This document shows, in pieces, positions 63,444 through 64,000 of a stretch of 64,000 nt of DNA (position 1 is its first letter; every line of letters begins with the position of its first letter). This DNA is from Squalus acanthias. Lineage: Eukaryota. The stretch lies in NCBI GenBank assembly GCA_030390025.1, contig CM059432.1, forward strand, positions 96,598,001 to 96,662,000. The letters are read 5' to 3'. The notes beneath the pieces are model-generated. The model was not told the origin of the DNA. It did not search any database and saw only the letters and a list, made by a program, of their open reading frames with translations. Both the position numbers and the translations under genes were made by a program.

Positions 63444-63486
63444 GATGGATTGATTACTATATCTGGTTCCCTTCTACCGTTTGAGT

Positions 63487-63718
63487 TGTAACCGTCTGCT
63501 CCCAAAACTACTCAGAGCGTGGAGCAGGTCCAGTTGGTCTAAGCGTTAAACAAAGCTTTAATCAACTGTTTTCCAACATGGAGATCTAGTTGTGTCCTTT
63601 ATTAGTTCCTGTTGAGGAATGTCCTAAGCAAGCTGGGCCCATGCCCGAGTATTTATACTCTCCCTGGACAGCGCCACCAGCAGGCCGCCCAGTATTACTT
63701 CATACAAGATTCATGTCA
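63487..63718 (-). repeat. Gypsy 5' LTR with a variant, longer U5 end
   Basis: Matches the 3' LTR up to agaccaa, then diverges but keeps agtagtttt and a terminal ttaca. Confidence 0.8.
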
Positions 63719-64000
63719 GGAAGGGACTGGTGGAGCGCTATTTAAAGGCGACCGCTTCCTGCCTTTTTTTGTCGGCGACATTTTTGCACCATGCATTCTG
63801 AGAGAGAGACTTCTGGAGAGATTCAACGCTGTGTGAAGGAGTTTTGGGTACTGAGCAGCACTTCGCAGGTTCATTTTGATTTGACCTTCCTTGCATCGAT
63901 TTAGAAGAAACTATGGGGGCTGCACTCTGAGCTCTTTCCCTGGGCGCCTCCATTGTTCGTTCCAGCAGATTTGATGTACAGGTCTCTCCAGGCCGAGATT

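Larger units (their letters stand above)
58473..63718 (-). mobile_element. Ty3/Gypsy LTR retrotransposon (gag-PR-RT-RNaseH-IN) interrupted by a Penelope element
   Basis: Direct-repeat LTRs starting TGACATG, a PPT CAGGCGGGAAGAA at 58679-58691, and domain order PR-RT-RH-IN. Confidence 0.95.
58178..64000 (-). mobile_element. Inverted copy of the 9138-10013 Harbinger element (58178-58472 and 63719 to window end) hosting a Gypsy element
   Basis: Both parts match the reverse complement of about 9455-10013. Confidence 0.9.

Overview
This is eukaryotic, repeat-saturated DNA. The mix of CR1, L2, Penelope and Deu-type SINE families suggests a cartilaginous fish, but that is an inference. I found no host protein-coding exon, rRNA gene or true tRNA gene. 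Nearly all the long ORFs belong to nested transposable elements. These are: many CR1 LINEs (esterase ORF1, APE+RT ORF2); five Penelope-like (GIY-YIG) insertions carrying minimal hammerhead ribozymes; a near-complete two-gene PIF/Harbinger transposon with derived MITEs and Myb/SANT remnants; hAT MITEs; a 1.6-kb solo LTR; and a Gypsy element. Four observations stand out. (1) A single-ORF LINE (26891-30131) starts with a tRNA-like A/B-box head and has no TTTT on its sense strand over about 3.2 kb, making it a candidate Pol III-transcribed protein-coding retrotransposon. (2) An open 663-aa Gypsy Gag-protease/Penelope GIY-YIG fusion ORF is held in frame by a 1-nt indel near the junction. (3) Three Harbinger-type elements are inserted into the (TATGACTC)n tail of one CR1 subfamily. 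(4) The Gypsy element has unequal U5 ends, no clear tRNA PBS and a 16-bp flanking duplication. All calls were made by eye, with no database searches.
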